A DNA stretch of 64,000 bases from the NCBI GenBank assembly GCA_000503835.1, contig CP006914.1, positions 593,680-657,679 on the forward strand, read 5' to 3'. Positions 49,501-59,298 of this stretch are shown piece after piece. The position numbers were made by a program, and so were the translations under genes. Source of the stretch: a candidate division WWE3 bacterium RAAC2_WWE3_1 (GTDB lineage: Bacteria > Patescibacteriota > WWE3 > UBA101185 > UBA10185). The stretch's first letter is position 1, and every line of letters begins with the position of its first letter. The notes beneath the pieces are model-generated. The model saw only the letters and a program-made list of their open reading frames with translations, was not told the DNA's origin and did no database searches.

Positions 49501-50919
49501 TTACAAACGAGGAAAAAGCTGCTCTTTCAAAGCTATATTTTCTTTGCCGAAAACCCCGGAAAGTTTCGACGCGGTTTCCGGTATAAACGGTTCAAGGTAA
49601 TTAATTATTTCTCTGAGTTCGTTAATTTCCCGGGTTAAAATTTTCTGTAAATGCGTAGTGTCTTTGATTGCCCAGGGCTTGTTGTCGTTAATATGTTTAT
49701 CTAAAACCCCAAGTTTTGACCAGACGTGTTGGACAGCGAGATCAACTCGGAAGTTGTCGAAATACCTCATAAAAGTTTCGTCCCACTCTTTCAATTCAGG
49801 CAAAGGAAATTCAAATCCCGAAGTTTCGGCAAGACGTGCCAGGCGCGAAGCCGTGTTTCCCAATCCATTGGCAAGATCGGCGTTATACACCTGCTTAATA
49901 TGGTCAACTGAAACGTCCACATCTTCGATTACCGGACCGTGTTTAATAAAATAATATCTGACTGCATCTGCCCCGAACTGAGAAACGAGTTCCGACGGCC
50001 TTATAATGTTACCTTTGGATTTACTTATTTTTTCACCGTTGAGATTTACAAAACCGTGCACATAAATCGTGGAAGGAAGCGTTTTCCCCGCACTTTTGAG
50101 CATTGCCGGCCACAATAATGCGTGCCACCTTGCATTGTCTTTTCCAAGAACATGAATAATCTGAGTTTCGTCGTTCCAAAATCCTTCGGGCTCTGCGGCA
50201 GTAAAATAATTTATAAGGGCATCGAACCATACGTAAATGACGTGCTCAGGATCGTTAGGTGCCTGAATACCCCAGCTCACTTTGTACTCCGGGCGCGTAA
50301 CAGGAAGGTCGTTTATCCCCTGTTCGATGAAACCGAGCATTTCTCTCCGCTTACCTTCCGGTAAAACAAAGCCTTTCGTCTCAATCAACTGTTTTAGAAA
50401 ATCGGAATACTCGCTCCATTTGAAAAAATAGTTTTCTTCCTCAACTTTTTGTATGTCGCGGGTGGGGTGCAACAGACATCTTCCGTCCGCGTCCAGCTCC
50501 GACATAGTTTTATAAGCCTCACATCCCTCACAATACAGTCCGGTGTAGCTACCCTTATAAATGTCGCCCTTATCAAAAACGTTTTGAAAGAATTTCTGCG
50601 CCGTTTCGTGGTGATCAGAATCGGTAGTGCGGATGAAACGGTCGTAATCTAAGTTCAGAGCATCTAGCTCAGCCTTATCTTTGGAAGATATTTCGTCCAC
50701 GTGTTCTTTAGGTGTAACGCCTCTTTTTTCGGCGGCCTTTTGATTGGTGGAACCGTACTCATCGGTGCCGGTAAGAAAATAAACATTTTCTTTGCCCAGA
50801 ATCCCACGATAATAGCGGGCCAGACAATCGGCCAGTATTTTTTGGTAGGCGTGGCCTATATGTATGACGTCATTCGTGTAGTCTATTGCTGTTGTAATTA
50901 ATACCTTTTTCCTGTCCAT
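49501..50919 (-). CDS. metG: Methionyl-tRNA synthetase
   Basis: HIGH, GTDEYG, YVWFDAL, KISKS, LFPRL; start ATG 50919. Confidence 0.95.
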   Translation of the reverse strand: MDRKKVLITTAIDYTNDVIHIGHAYQKILADCLARYYRGILGKENVYFLTGTDEYGSTNQKAAEKRGVTPKEHVDEISSKDKAELDALNLDYDRFIRTTDSDHHETAQKFFQNVFDKGDIYKGSYTGLYCEGCEAYKTMSELDADGRCLLHPTRDIQKVEEENYFFKWSEYSDFLKQLIETKGFVLPEGKRREMLGFIEQGINDLPVTRPEYKVSWGIQAPNDPEHVIYVWFDALINYFTAAEPEGFWNDETQIIHVLGKDNARWHALLWPAMLKSAGKTLPSTIYVHGFVNLNGEKISKSKGNIIRPSELVSQFGADAVRYYFIKHGPVIEDVDVSVDHIKQVYNADLANGLGNTASRLARLAETSGFEFPLPELKEWDETFMRYFDNFRVDLAVQHVWSKLGVLDKHINDNKPWAIKDTTHLQKILTREINELREIINYLEPFIPETASKLSGVFGKENIALKEQLFPRL

Positions 50920-50938
50920 AAGTACCGTTATTCTACCA

Positions 50939-51319
50939 CTACCGCTCTTTTCTGCCGTACACAAAAAGCTGGTAGCCCAAAGCCAGGTAAAAAGCCAGGG
51001 ATAGGAAAATGTTGAACAGACTCACCAGCTTGAATCCTCTCAGAAAGAAGAAAATGACAATTCCGAAAGACGTATATGCCGATATTTTCAAAACGCTCCT
51101 GAATATACCCCGCGGGTCGCCTTCCTTGCTGAAAGTTTTGGTTGCAAGAAAAAAGCCGGTTGTTGAAAACAGCCCGGTGAAGAATAAAAAAAGTGAGACC
51201 AGAAAAATAAAAATATAAGTGTAGTTGGACGGTTTGAGGACGAAAAGTGAATAAGCCAGAGATGCGGAGGAAAGAACAAATAGAAAAATTGCTGTGTATA
51301 AAAACTTCGGCATATACAT
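50939..51319 (-). CDS. Small membrane protein
   Basis: Four hydrophobic segments. Confidence 0.65.
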   Translation of the reverse strand: MYMPKFLYTAIFLFVLSSASLAYSLFVLKPSNYTYIFIFLVSLFLFFTGLFSTTGFFLATKTFSKEGDPRGIFRSVLKISAYTSFGIVIFFFLRGFKLVSLFNIFLSLAFYLALGYQLFVYGRKER

Positions 51320-51373
51320 GATTTTAACATTACCTTCCTAGACTCGTGGGCGGGTTGCTGATATTCTTATCGC

Positions 51374-52435
51374 ATGCTAAGTAATGAACTCGTTATAGTT
51401 ATGTTCGCCGTGCTGCTAATACTTTTAGGCTTCCTTGTCTTCTATCTATCAACACAGATAAAAAATATCAAAAACATAAAGGGGGACGAAACCGGCGTAC
51501 TTATGGAATGGCTAAAAGAAATGAAAGGCTCTGTAGATAAAAGCAGCGATGTGCTGGAAAAACAACTAAGTCAGCAGAGAGGCACCCTGGATGAACAGAT
51601 GAAGGGCCACCGCGAGGCGATGAACGCCCAGACCAAACTTATCTGGGAACGCCTCGACGCTTCGCAGGACGTTATCAGAACTGTACAAAAACAGTTGGGA
51701 GGTATTCAGGAGTTCGGAAATGACATGAAAGACTTAAGCAACGTGCTGAAATCTCCAAAACTACGCGGGGGGCTCGGAGAACAGTTTCTCTATGAGATAC
51801 TCGAGAGCTTCCTTCCCCACGACCACTTTAAGACCCAATACAAGTTCAGGGATGGGGCGGTTTGCGATGCCGTGGTATTTACCGAAAAAGGAATAATCCC
51901 GATCGACTCAAAATTTCCTATGGAGAACTTTGCCGCGATGTTAAAAGCGGAAGCACAGAGTGAACGCGACAAACTGAAAAGGGTTTTCATAGGCGATGTC
52001 AAGAAAAAAATCGAGGAAATTGCTACTAAATACATTCTCCCCGAAGAAGGAACTACCCATCAAGCTATCATGTACATACCATCGGAAAACGTATACTATG
52101 AGTTAATAGTAAATACGCCGGAGATTGAAGCTTACGCCAAGGAAAAAAATGTGGTTATGGCATCGCCCAACACACTTTCCTACTTCCTGAAAGTACTTTT
52201 GGTAGCCTTCCATCAGCAAAGTCTGGAAAAACACGCGGGCGAGGTTCTAAAAGCCTTGGATGGGATCAAATTGGAGGCGTCCAAATTTAATGACGATCTG
52301 GATGTTTTAGAAAAACATATTTCTAACGGTTACAAATCAATGGATGGTATAAGAACTAAATTTTCTAGGCTATTTAATAAGATTGAAAAGATTCAGGTTA
52401 TTGATGACGGAGAGCAAAAGAAGCTGTTAGAATAA
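51374..52435 (+). CDS. rmuC: DNA recombination protein RmuC
   Basis: N-terminal TM and coiled coil, RGGLGE, IDSKFP, MYIPSE. Confidence 0.92.
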   Translation: MLSNELVIVMFAVLLILLGFLVFYLSTQIKNIKNIKGDETGVLMEWLKEMKGSVDKSSDVLEKQLSQQRGTLDEQMKGHREAMNAQTKLIWERLDASQDVIRTVQKQLGGIQEFGNDMKDLSNVLKSPKLRGGLGEQFLYEILESFLPHDHFKTQYKFRDGAVCDAVVFTEKGIIPIDSKFPMENFAAMLKAEAQSERDKLKRVFIGDVKKKIEEIATKYILPEEGTTHQAIMYIPSENVYYELIVNTPEIEAYAKEKNVVMASPNTLSYFLKVLLVAFHQQSLEKHAGEVLKALDGIKLEASKFNDDLDVLEKHISNGYKSMDGIRTKFSRLFNKIEKIQVIDDGEQKKLLE

Positions 52436-52464
52436 CTGAAACTTCCAAAAAAAGACAAAAAAAT

Positions 52465-52521
52465 CCCCGGTGAGATGAGTATAAACAGTTGAGTGCTGTT
52501 TAATTTTCTCAGTCACCGGGG
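52465..52521. terminator. Long hairpin between convergent genes
   Basis: Outer arms CCCCGGTGA/TCACCGGGG, inner AAACAG/CTGTTT; T-rich tail on the minus strand. Confidence 0.55.
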
Positions 52522-52546
52522 GTCTCCAGGAGGAGAGCGAAGAAAT

Positions 52547-52651
52547 CTAGGATTTTTGGGTTTCTTCAGAATTCTTGAAGAAAATCGACAACCCCGAAAG
52601 CAAAAATATGAATGCAACTACCCCAACGACAACCCACACTATTGCAGCCAT
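52547..52651 (-). CDS. 34-aa single-TM microprotein
   Basis: MAAIVWVVVGVVAFIFLLSGLSIFFKNSEETQKS; SD GAGGAGG upstream. Confidence 0.45.
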   Translation of the reverse strand: MAAIVWVVVGVVAFIFLLSGLSIFFKNSEETQKS

Positions 52652-52772
52652 TTTACCCTCCCTCAAGACAAAAAGTGATCAGAAATTCGAATAGGGGGAT
52701 TATACTACAAGTTATCCCAAAACGCCAACGGGAGCCACCTTTTGAGAACATGTGCGCTATAATAGGGGTCAC

Positions 52773-55634
52773 ATGCCGCCCAAAAAGAAAACTGACATAA
52801 ACGAAGAGCAAATCAAAGTCATAAACCATAAAAAGGGGCACCTTCTGGTTGTCGCCGGAGCCGGCACGGGAAAAACCAGAGTTATTACTGAGCGCATAAA
52901 AAATCTTATTGAAACAGAAGGAATTAAACCGAAAGAAATTCTCGCCCTTACTTTTACCGAAAAAGCCGCGGGGGAGATGGTTGAAAGAACAGGCGACGCA
53001 ATGCCTTTAGGTTACGAAGAGCCGTGGATCTCAACTTTCCATTCATTTTCTGACAGAATATTACGGGCGGAGGGCATAGAAATCGGAATCGACCCCGGAT
53101 ACAAACTCCTCTCATCCCCCGAGCAGTGGATATTGCTACGGAAGAACCTGTTTGATCTCGGTCTGAAATATTTCAGGCCATTAGGAAATCCCACAAAGTT
53201 TATTTCGGCCATTCTCAAATTTATTTCAAGACTGCAGGACGAAAATGTTTCTCCCGAAGATTTTGAAAAATTCGTCCAAAGTACGAGTCTAGAAAATGAA
53301 GAAAAAGAAAGGATATTTGAACTTGCCCATGTTTACACAGAATACACGCGGCTAAAACTCGAAAAATCGAAAATGGATTTCGGCGACCTTATAACATGGA
53401 CGCTGAAACTTTTTAAAGAGAGACCCCACATACTTGAAAAGTATAGAAAACAGTTCAAACACGTGTTGCTGGACGAATTCCAGGACACGAATTTCGCGCA
53501 GTATGAACTTATTAAACTTCTTTGCCCGTTAGAAATGGAAGACAGAAGTTTGGTTGTAGTCGGGGACGATTCACAATCTATTTACAAATTCAGAGGGGCG
53601 GCCGTATCCAACATTCTTCAGTTTATGGAAGACTACCCCAAGGCTGAAAGAGTAACTTTGCTAAAAAATTACAGGTCGGGGCAAAAAGTACTGGACCCTT
53701 CTTATAAACTAATAGTAAATAACAACCCCGACACGCTTGAATCCAAACTTGGAATTTCAAAAGAATTAATAAGTCAGATAAAAACCAAGGGGATATCACC
53801 TGAGATCTGCCAAGCCGAGGGTCTTGAGGATGAGGTGGGGTTTGTTATCAAAAAAATCTATGAAGTTCTGGGAAAAGAACCTGAATACACCTACAAAGAC
53901 GTAGCTATACTTGCAAGAGCTAACAGCCATCTCGATCCTTTTCTGATGGCCTTGAGAAAACACGGACTACCTTATCAATTAGTGGGAAACAGGGGTCTTT
54001 ACGACAGAGACGAAGTAAGGGATGTGATTGCCCTTCTGAGAGTAATCGCTAATCCGAAAGACGGCGTAAGCCTGTATCGTGTGCTTAACATTCCCTCTTT
54101 AGAAATAGACGGCGACGACATTTCCAAACTCCTGGCTGAGGCGAGATATAAAAAGACCGATTTGTGGGAGGAAGTTAAAAATTCGGAAAAAGATAAACTG
54201 TCCCTTTTAAAGGAACTGATTAAGGAAAGGCAGGAAAATATTACCAGAGAGACTCCTTCGGAATTTATTTTCAATATGGTCACTAACGTCGGCTATTTGC
54301 GCCCGCTCGTTGAAGATGAAACGGTCGAGAATCAGCTCTCTATCAAAAATCTGGATATATTTTTAAACAAAGTAAAAGAGTTTGAAATTAAGCACAGGGA
54401 AGATACGAAAGAACTACCCACGGTCGTTGATTTTTTGGATTACATGGAACTGGTGTTGGAAGCCGGAGATAATCCGGCACAAGCCGAACTGGAGGATATA
54501 GACACCGTTAATTTGATGACGGTCCACGCATCGAAAGGCCTTGAGTATCCCATCGTCTTTATGGTTAATCTGGTTTCGGATAGATTTCCCACAAGAAATA
54601 AAGGGGACGTGATAGATGTCCCTAACGAACTAATAAAGGAAACCTTACCTTCGGGCGATGAACATATACAGGAAGAGAGGCGCTTGTTCTACGTCGGAAT
54701 GACGCGCGCCAAAAAATATTTGTATCTGACGCTGGCAAAAAATTACGGAGGGAAAAGGGAAAAAGTACCCAGCGGATTCCTACAGGAAGTCGGACTAAAA
54801 ATGGAGTATGTCGGAAAAGTAGCCGACGAAAAAGCAGGAGGACAAGACAGCCTGTTCGGTGTTACCTCTGCGTTTAGAGACCCACAGGCAGTAAATGTAG
54901 CTAACCTAGTACCTCAAACAATGAGCTACACTCAGATTGATACTTATAACGCGTGCCCGTTGAAGTACAAGTACTCTTACATATTACGCATACCCACGTT
55001 GCCGAATTACGCACTCAGCTTCGGTACAACAATGCACGAGACATTAAAAGAATTTCACACAAAAAGAATGTTCGGGAAAAATGTTTCTTTGGAAGACCTT
55101 TACGAAATTTACGAAAGAAAATGGATACCGCTGGGCTACGACGACGAGAAACACAGAGCAGAAAGATTTGAAAGCGGAAAGCGGGTACTGGAAGAGTATT
55201 ACAACAAACATGCGGCCGGAAAAGATAACATCGAAGCCTTGGAAAAGTCCTTCAATCTAAGAATCGGCGGCACTAATTTCTTCGGAAGAATCGACAGGAT
55301 AGACAATCTGGACAGCGGCGGGGTTGAAATCATCGACTACAAGACCGGTACGGCAAAAGCCCAAAAGGACGTTGACCGCGACGCCCAGGTGACAATATAC
55401 GCAATGGCGGCAAAAGAAGCGCTCGGGTTAAAACCCGATCTTTTGACTCTGTATTTTTTGGAATCGGGAGAAAAAATTTCGACGACCCGTACTCAGGAAG
55501 ACCTGGTGAAACAAAAGGAAAAGATTGTCGAAACAGTTGAAAATATTAAAAAGGGGCAATTTGAGGCCAATCCTACAATCCAGTGCGGTTGGTGCGATTA
55601 CAAAGATATTTGCCCGTTCGCGTACCGGGGTTAA
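52773..55634 (+). CDS. UvrD-like helicase fused to PD-(D/E)XK nuclease with 4-Cys cluster (AdnA/AdnB-like)
   Basis: AGAGTGKT, DEFQD, TVHASKGLE, EERRLFYVGMTRA; C-terminal CP..., GRIDRID, IIDYKTG, CGWC...CP. Confidence 0.9.
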   Translation: MPPKKKTDINEEQIKVINHKKGHLLVVAGAGTGKTRVITERIKNLIETEGIKPKEILALTFTEKAAGEMVERTGDAMPLGYEEPWISTFHSFSDRILRAEGIEIGIDPGYKLLSSPEQWILLRKNLFDLGLKYFRPLGNPTKFISAILKFISRLQDENVSPEDFEKFVQSTSLENEEKERIFELAHVYTEYTRLKLEKSKMDFGDLITWTLKLFKERPHILEKYRKQFKHVLLDEFQDTNFAQYELIKLLCPLEMEDRSLVVVGDDSQSIYKFRGAAVSNILQFMEDYPKAERVTLLKNYRSGQKVLDPSYKLIVNNNPDTLESKLGISKELISQIKTKGISPEICQAEGLEDEVGFVIKKIYEVLGKEPEYTYKDVAILARANSHLDPFLMALRKHGLPYQLVGNRGLYDRDEVRDVIALLRVIANPKDGVSLYRVLNIPSLEIDGDDISKLLAEARYKKTDLWEEVKNSEKDKLSLLKELIKERQENITRETPSEFIFNMVTNVGYLRPLVEDETVENQLSIKNLDIFLNKVKEFEIKHREDTKELPTVVDFLDYMELVLEAGDNPAQAELEDIDTVNLMTVHASKGLEYPIVFMVNLVSDRFPTRNKGDVIDVPNELIKETLPSGDEHIQEERRLFYVGMTRAKKYLYLTLAKNYGGKREKVPSGFLQEVGLKMEYVGKVADEKAGGQDSLFGVTSAFRDPQAVNVANLVPQTMSYTQIDTYNACPLKYKYSYILRIPTLPNYALSFGTTMHETLKEFHTKRMFGKNVSLEDLYEIYERKWIPLGYDDEKHRAERFESGKRVLEEYYNKHAAGKDNIEALEKSFNLRIGGTNFFGRIDRIDNLDSGGVEIIDYKTGTAKAQKDVDRDAQVTIYAMAAKEALGLKPDLLTLYFLESGEKISTTRTQEDLVKQKEKIVETVENIKKGQFEANPTIQCGWCDYKDICPFAYRG

Positions 55635-56533
55635 AAATCCACCCTCATGAGTCTGGAAGCTACGCCGTAAATTCCGCTCAAAAACTTTATCACGGGAATT
55701 GGAAATTCGACGGGCGTCCCTCCAAATTTTTCTTTAAAGTGGCTGAACCCTTCCCAATTTCCGGTTTGAATAGGAAATCTCTCATCATACTTTCCTTCAA
55801 GGTCAAAAACCCCGTAACCTTCGCTTTTAAGAAATTTCATTGATTCCCACATAAGGAGGTAGCCTGATTTATTTTTTCGCGCTGTCTCTGAAGATCCCCC
55901 GGAAACAAAAAGAACCATGTTTTTGTGACCCAAACAAAACTTGCTTGACTGTAATTCCCCATCTTTATTTCTAACCTCGCACAAGTAAGATTTGTCTCCG
56001 AAGAGATCTACTCTGACTAGAAATTCACGAAACGGGGGCATATAAAAATTCTTCTTTTTTGCTGTGCAGTAAAATAACTCGTAACTTTCTTTCAGCTGTT
56101 CCTCCGTAGGTTTTCTTATATTTTTGACTTTGTAACCCTCCCTGACTGCGCGGTTTATCGAGTATCTGGCGCTGTGTGAAAACTCGTTCCACATGTTTTC
56201 TTCTGTTCTTGTAAGATCCATGAAAATAGTCGACGGAACACAATTGGGAGAATGTGTGGGGCGGTATCCGCGACCATCAAAAATCGACAGGTCCTGATCG
56301 TAATCGGGTTCAATTTTAATATAGGCACACTTTTCGCGGCGGCAGATACTTTCTATTTCTTCAAGATCTTCTTTTTCAATTTTCCGCGGGTGTTGTATTT
56401 TTACAAAATTTCCTATGAAAGAGGGCCGGATAGCTATAAGTATTCCTTTTGAAGTTCTCCCGGTTTTCCATCCGATTGCCTGCAGGTACTTTTCCCACCC
56501 CTCGCTTTGTCTTATGTCCTCCTGTCTTTCCAT
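55631..56533 (-). CDS. FemABX-like peptidoglycan peptidyltransferase
   Basis: QSEGW, DLTRTEE, RYSINRA, FDLEG, FKEKFGG. Confidence 0.8.
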   Translation of the reverse strand: MERQEDIRQSEGWEKYLQAIGWKTGRTSKGILIAIRPSFIGNFVKIQHPRKIEKEDLEEIESICRREKCAYIKIEPDYDQDLSIFDGRGYRPTHSPNCVPSTIFMDLTRTEENMWNEFSHSARYSINRAVREGYKVKNIRKPTEEQLKESYELFYCTAKKKNFYMPPFREFLVRVDLFGDKSYLCEVRNKDGELQSSKFCLGHKNMVLFVSGGSSETARKNKSGYLLMWESMKFLKSEGYGVFDLEGKYDERFPIQTGNWEGFSHFKEKFGGTPVEFPIPVIKFLSGIYGVASRLMRVDF

Positions 56534-56535
56534 AT

Positions 56536-57471
56536 CTATCTGATGAGTTTGAGCAATTTCCATCTAAAACTGTTGGCCAGATTAAAGAACTTGTATAGAT
56601 TTTCGTTTATAACCATGTCGTAAGAATCTATATAAACCACATGTTTTGCCCCGAACTTTGATTTGAAAATGGAGAAACCGTAGTATTCGTCGGAGGTATT
56701 GTTTAAATCAACCGAGGCCCCCCACATGTCAAAAGTCCCACAACCTAATTTTTTACCGAGCAACAGTGCCTCCCACCCAAGAACAGTGCTGGCGAAAAGA
56801 TTCTTTTTTCTTTCGGTTGAACCTCCGTAGGGATAGTAAAGAACTCCTTCGTAAGATAAAAGTATCCAGGCGGCCAGAGCTTCTCCCTCATGTTCCGCAA
56901 TTAATAATTTTGCAAGACCGGCCTTGTTAAAAACGTCCCACATATCGCGGAGATAAGACTGCCCCCTAAAATAAAATTTCTGCCTTACTCCGGTTTCTTT
57001 ATAAAGGGAATAGAAAATATCGAAGTCTTTATCTTCAGTGCTTTCCCTTACCGTAACCCCGTTTTTCTTAGCGTAATTTATGTTGTAGCGGTGTTTTTTA
57101 TGAAGGGCCGAGAAAAGTTCTTCTTCACTTTTTGTGAGGTCGATAAAAAAGTTGGCTTTGGCAAATTCGTCTCTCGGAGAATGTACGCAATGCTCTTCGA
57201 AAAGCTTTGCGGCCGGGGGTTCTTCCGGGCTTCCCTTTATAATGTTCGGGACGTCGAAATGCACCGCAATACAATTATTTTCCTCGACGGATTTTTTCAA
57301 CTCCTCAAAATTTACATCGAAGGGAGACACCCGCGGACAGTATGCGTAGTTATAAGAAGTTAAAGGAATGTTATGAATCGTGTATATAACATTACCCGCC
57401 GAAACTGCGGGGGTGCCGTGTCTGTTTTTAAATTCCGCCCACAGCGGAGACTGCAGAATGTGCTTTCCCAT
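56536..57471 (-). CDS. FemABX-like peptidoglycan peptidyltransferase
   Basis: HILQSPLWAEFK, RYNINYA, YPYGGS, FDMWG, FKSKFG. Confidence 0.88.
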   Translation of the reverse strand: MGKHILQSPLWAEFKNRHGTPAVSAGNVIYTIHNIPLTSYNYAYCPRVSPFDVNFEELKKSVEENNCIAVHFDVPNIIKGSPEEPPAAKLFEEHCVHSPRDEFAKANFFIDLTKSEEELFSALHKKHRYNINYAKKNGVTVRESTEDKDFDIFYSLYKETGVRQKFYFRGQSYLRDMWDVFNKAGLAKLLIAEHEGEALAAWILLSYEGVLYYPYGGSTERKKNLFASTVLGWEALLLGKKLGCGTFDMWGASVDLNNTSDEYYGFSIFKSKFGAKHVVYIDSYDMVINENLYKFFNLANSFRWKLLKLIR

Positions 57472-57618
57472 GCTGCGAGTATAACATTGACGGTACGGTG
57501 TTTATAGGATATGTTCTAAGTATTAACAACTTAACCGTCCCTAACGGGCGGGGTAAAAAGGATAGAGACCGGTGAAATAGAGAGTCCCGGTCAAAGCGTC
57601 CGGGCAGATGCAAAGGTT

Positions 57619-58434
57619 TCAACCGTGTGTTTGTCCGGATTTTTTAATCAACTGCAAAACTTTCTTTGAGTATTTTATTAAACTCCGGTCTTTTTCTTTG
57701 ACCGACAAGTTAAATTTACCAAACTCATGTTTATATTTTCCCTGCAACGCTCCTACCCCCCTAAGATGGTAGTCAAAAGCCGCTCTTATGTTTTTCCAGA
57801 CAAACTGCACACGGCCTTCTTTTTCTAATCTTCTGACGCTGAATTTTATTTTCGGGTCTTTTAACAGGGCATATTTATATCCGGCCTTAAACATTCTTCC
57901 CACCAAATCAAAATCTTCGGCCAGTTTAACTTCTTCCTGAAAACCGCCCACAGCATCAAAAGAGGATTTTTTGACATAAATAAAAGTTCCTACGGCCGCG
58001 GGAAATCTGTCCTTTACGGTCTCCAGATATAACTGGTTAAACGCCCAGTAAAGAAATTCGTCGATTAATTTGTCGGAGATGGGAACGTTCCACGAAGAAA
58101 GGACGTCAACGTTTCCTTTTTCGATGTAACAATCAATCTTCGAAATAAAATCCGGCTCAGGAGCAACATCCGCATCAAAAAATATTAAATGTGGGGCTTT
58201 TGCCATTTTCGCGGCGTAATTGCGCTGAAAAGAAACACCTCTCTTGGGCGATTCGACAAAAGTGAGGGCGAGTTTATCTTTAAATGAGCCAACCACCTGT
58301 CGTGTTTTATCCTCACTGACAGCGTCTACCACAATTACTTCAAAATCCTTAAACTCCTGATCGGCCAGGGCTTCCAGGAGGATTCCTATGTATTTTTCCT
58401 CATTTAGTGTCGGTATTAGTACGCTATATTTCAT
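57619..58434 (-). CDS. GT2 family glycosyltransferase
   Basis: IPTLNEE, VVD..SED.T, FFDAD, AED. Confidence 0.9.
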   Translation of the reverse strand: MKYSVLIPTLNEEKYIGILLEALADQEFKDFEVIVVDAVSEDKTRQVVGSFKDKLALTFVESPKRGVSFQRNYAAKMAKAPHLIFFDADVAPEPDFISKIDCYIEKGNVDVLSSWNVPISDKLIDEFLYWAFNQLYLETVKDRFPAAVGTFIYVKKSSFDAVGGFQEEVKLAEDFDLVGRMFKAGYKYALLKDPKIKFSVRRLEKEGRVQFVWKNIRAAFDYHLRGVGALQGKYKHEFGKFNLSVKEKDRSLIKYSKKVLQLIKKSGQTHG

Positions 58435-58486
58435 ATACTCCTATATTTCATATACTCCTATATTTCCTATACTCCTATATTTCATA
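58424..58486. repeat. 17-bp tandem repeat (~3.7 copies) at the rsmA/GT2 junction
   Basis: CTATATTTCATATACTC at 58424, 58441, 58458 (one variant) and partial at 58475. Confidence 0.9.
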
Positions 58487-59255
58487 CAGATTCCGGGGAA
58501 TGTAGTAACTTATAAAATTCCAGCCATTCCTCCGAACTCAGGTTTTGCGGTCTGAGTTTCGGGTCTATGCCGCCTTTGGTCAACTCTTCCTTTGAAAAGG
58601 GCTTGTTGAGCATTTTTCTCGGGTGAGAAAATGCACGGTGCAGAAACCCTTCGTACTTTTCAATCGTACCACGGTCCATTTCGATATTTGTTCTCGTCAG
58701 TTTAATGACAGCTCCATCCACTTTAGGGGCGGGTGTAAATTCGGTTTTAGAGACATTGAATAAAAGTTCGGCGTCGTAGAAGGTTTGAATAAAAGTTGAT
58801 ATGTATGAAGCGTCAGGAACCTTGCTGCAAACTTTTTCGGCAACTTCTTTTTGGATAAGGAAAACCGCGCTTCCGGGCATTACATTCATTTTTACGACCG
58901 CATGTAGAATGGGGGATGTTATGTAATAAGGTAAAGACCCCAGCACTTTAACTTTTCTTTCGGAAGTAAAAGTCGGAAGCCATTTTAAAATATCGGCGTG
59001 GACTATCTCTATATTCGGTTCGCTCACATACATTCCGAAAAGTTTTTGGGCAAAACGCTCGTCGACCTCGACCGCATAAACCTTTACATCGCGCCCTGAG
59101 ATGCGACGTAAAAGTACCTCCGTGAGAATACCGTGTCCGGGTCCTATCTCGATAATATCCTCGCCGTTAGCTATGTCCAGCGCGTCGACCATAGGCACCA
59201 CAATAGATGGTTTAGACAAGAAATTCTGACCTAAAGATTTTACCGGCTCGTACAT
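58482..59255 (-). CDS. rsmA: 16S rRNA m6,2A dimethyltransferase
   Basis: KSLGQNFL, EIGPG.G, LPYYIT, QKEVA, F.PAPKVD; start ATG 59255. Confidence 0.93.
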   Translation of the reverse strand: MYEPVKSLGQNFLSKPSIVVPMVDALDIANGEDIIEIGPGHGILTEVLLRRISGRDVKVYAVEVDERFAQKLFGMYVSEPNIEIVHADILKWLPTFTSERKVKVLGSLPYYITSPILHAVVKMNVMPGSAVFLIQKEVAEKVCSKVPDASYISTFIQTFYDAELLFNVSKTEFTPAPKVDGAVIKLTRTNIEMDRGTIEKYEGFLHRAFSHPRKMLNKPFSKEELTKGGIDPKLRPQNLSSEEWLEFYKLLHSPESV

Positions 59256-59298
59256 AACTCTATTATACCTGTAACCACAAACACTTGCCCCGAAGGTT

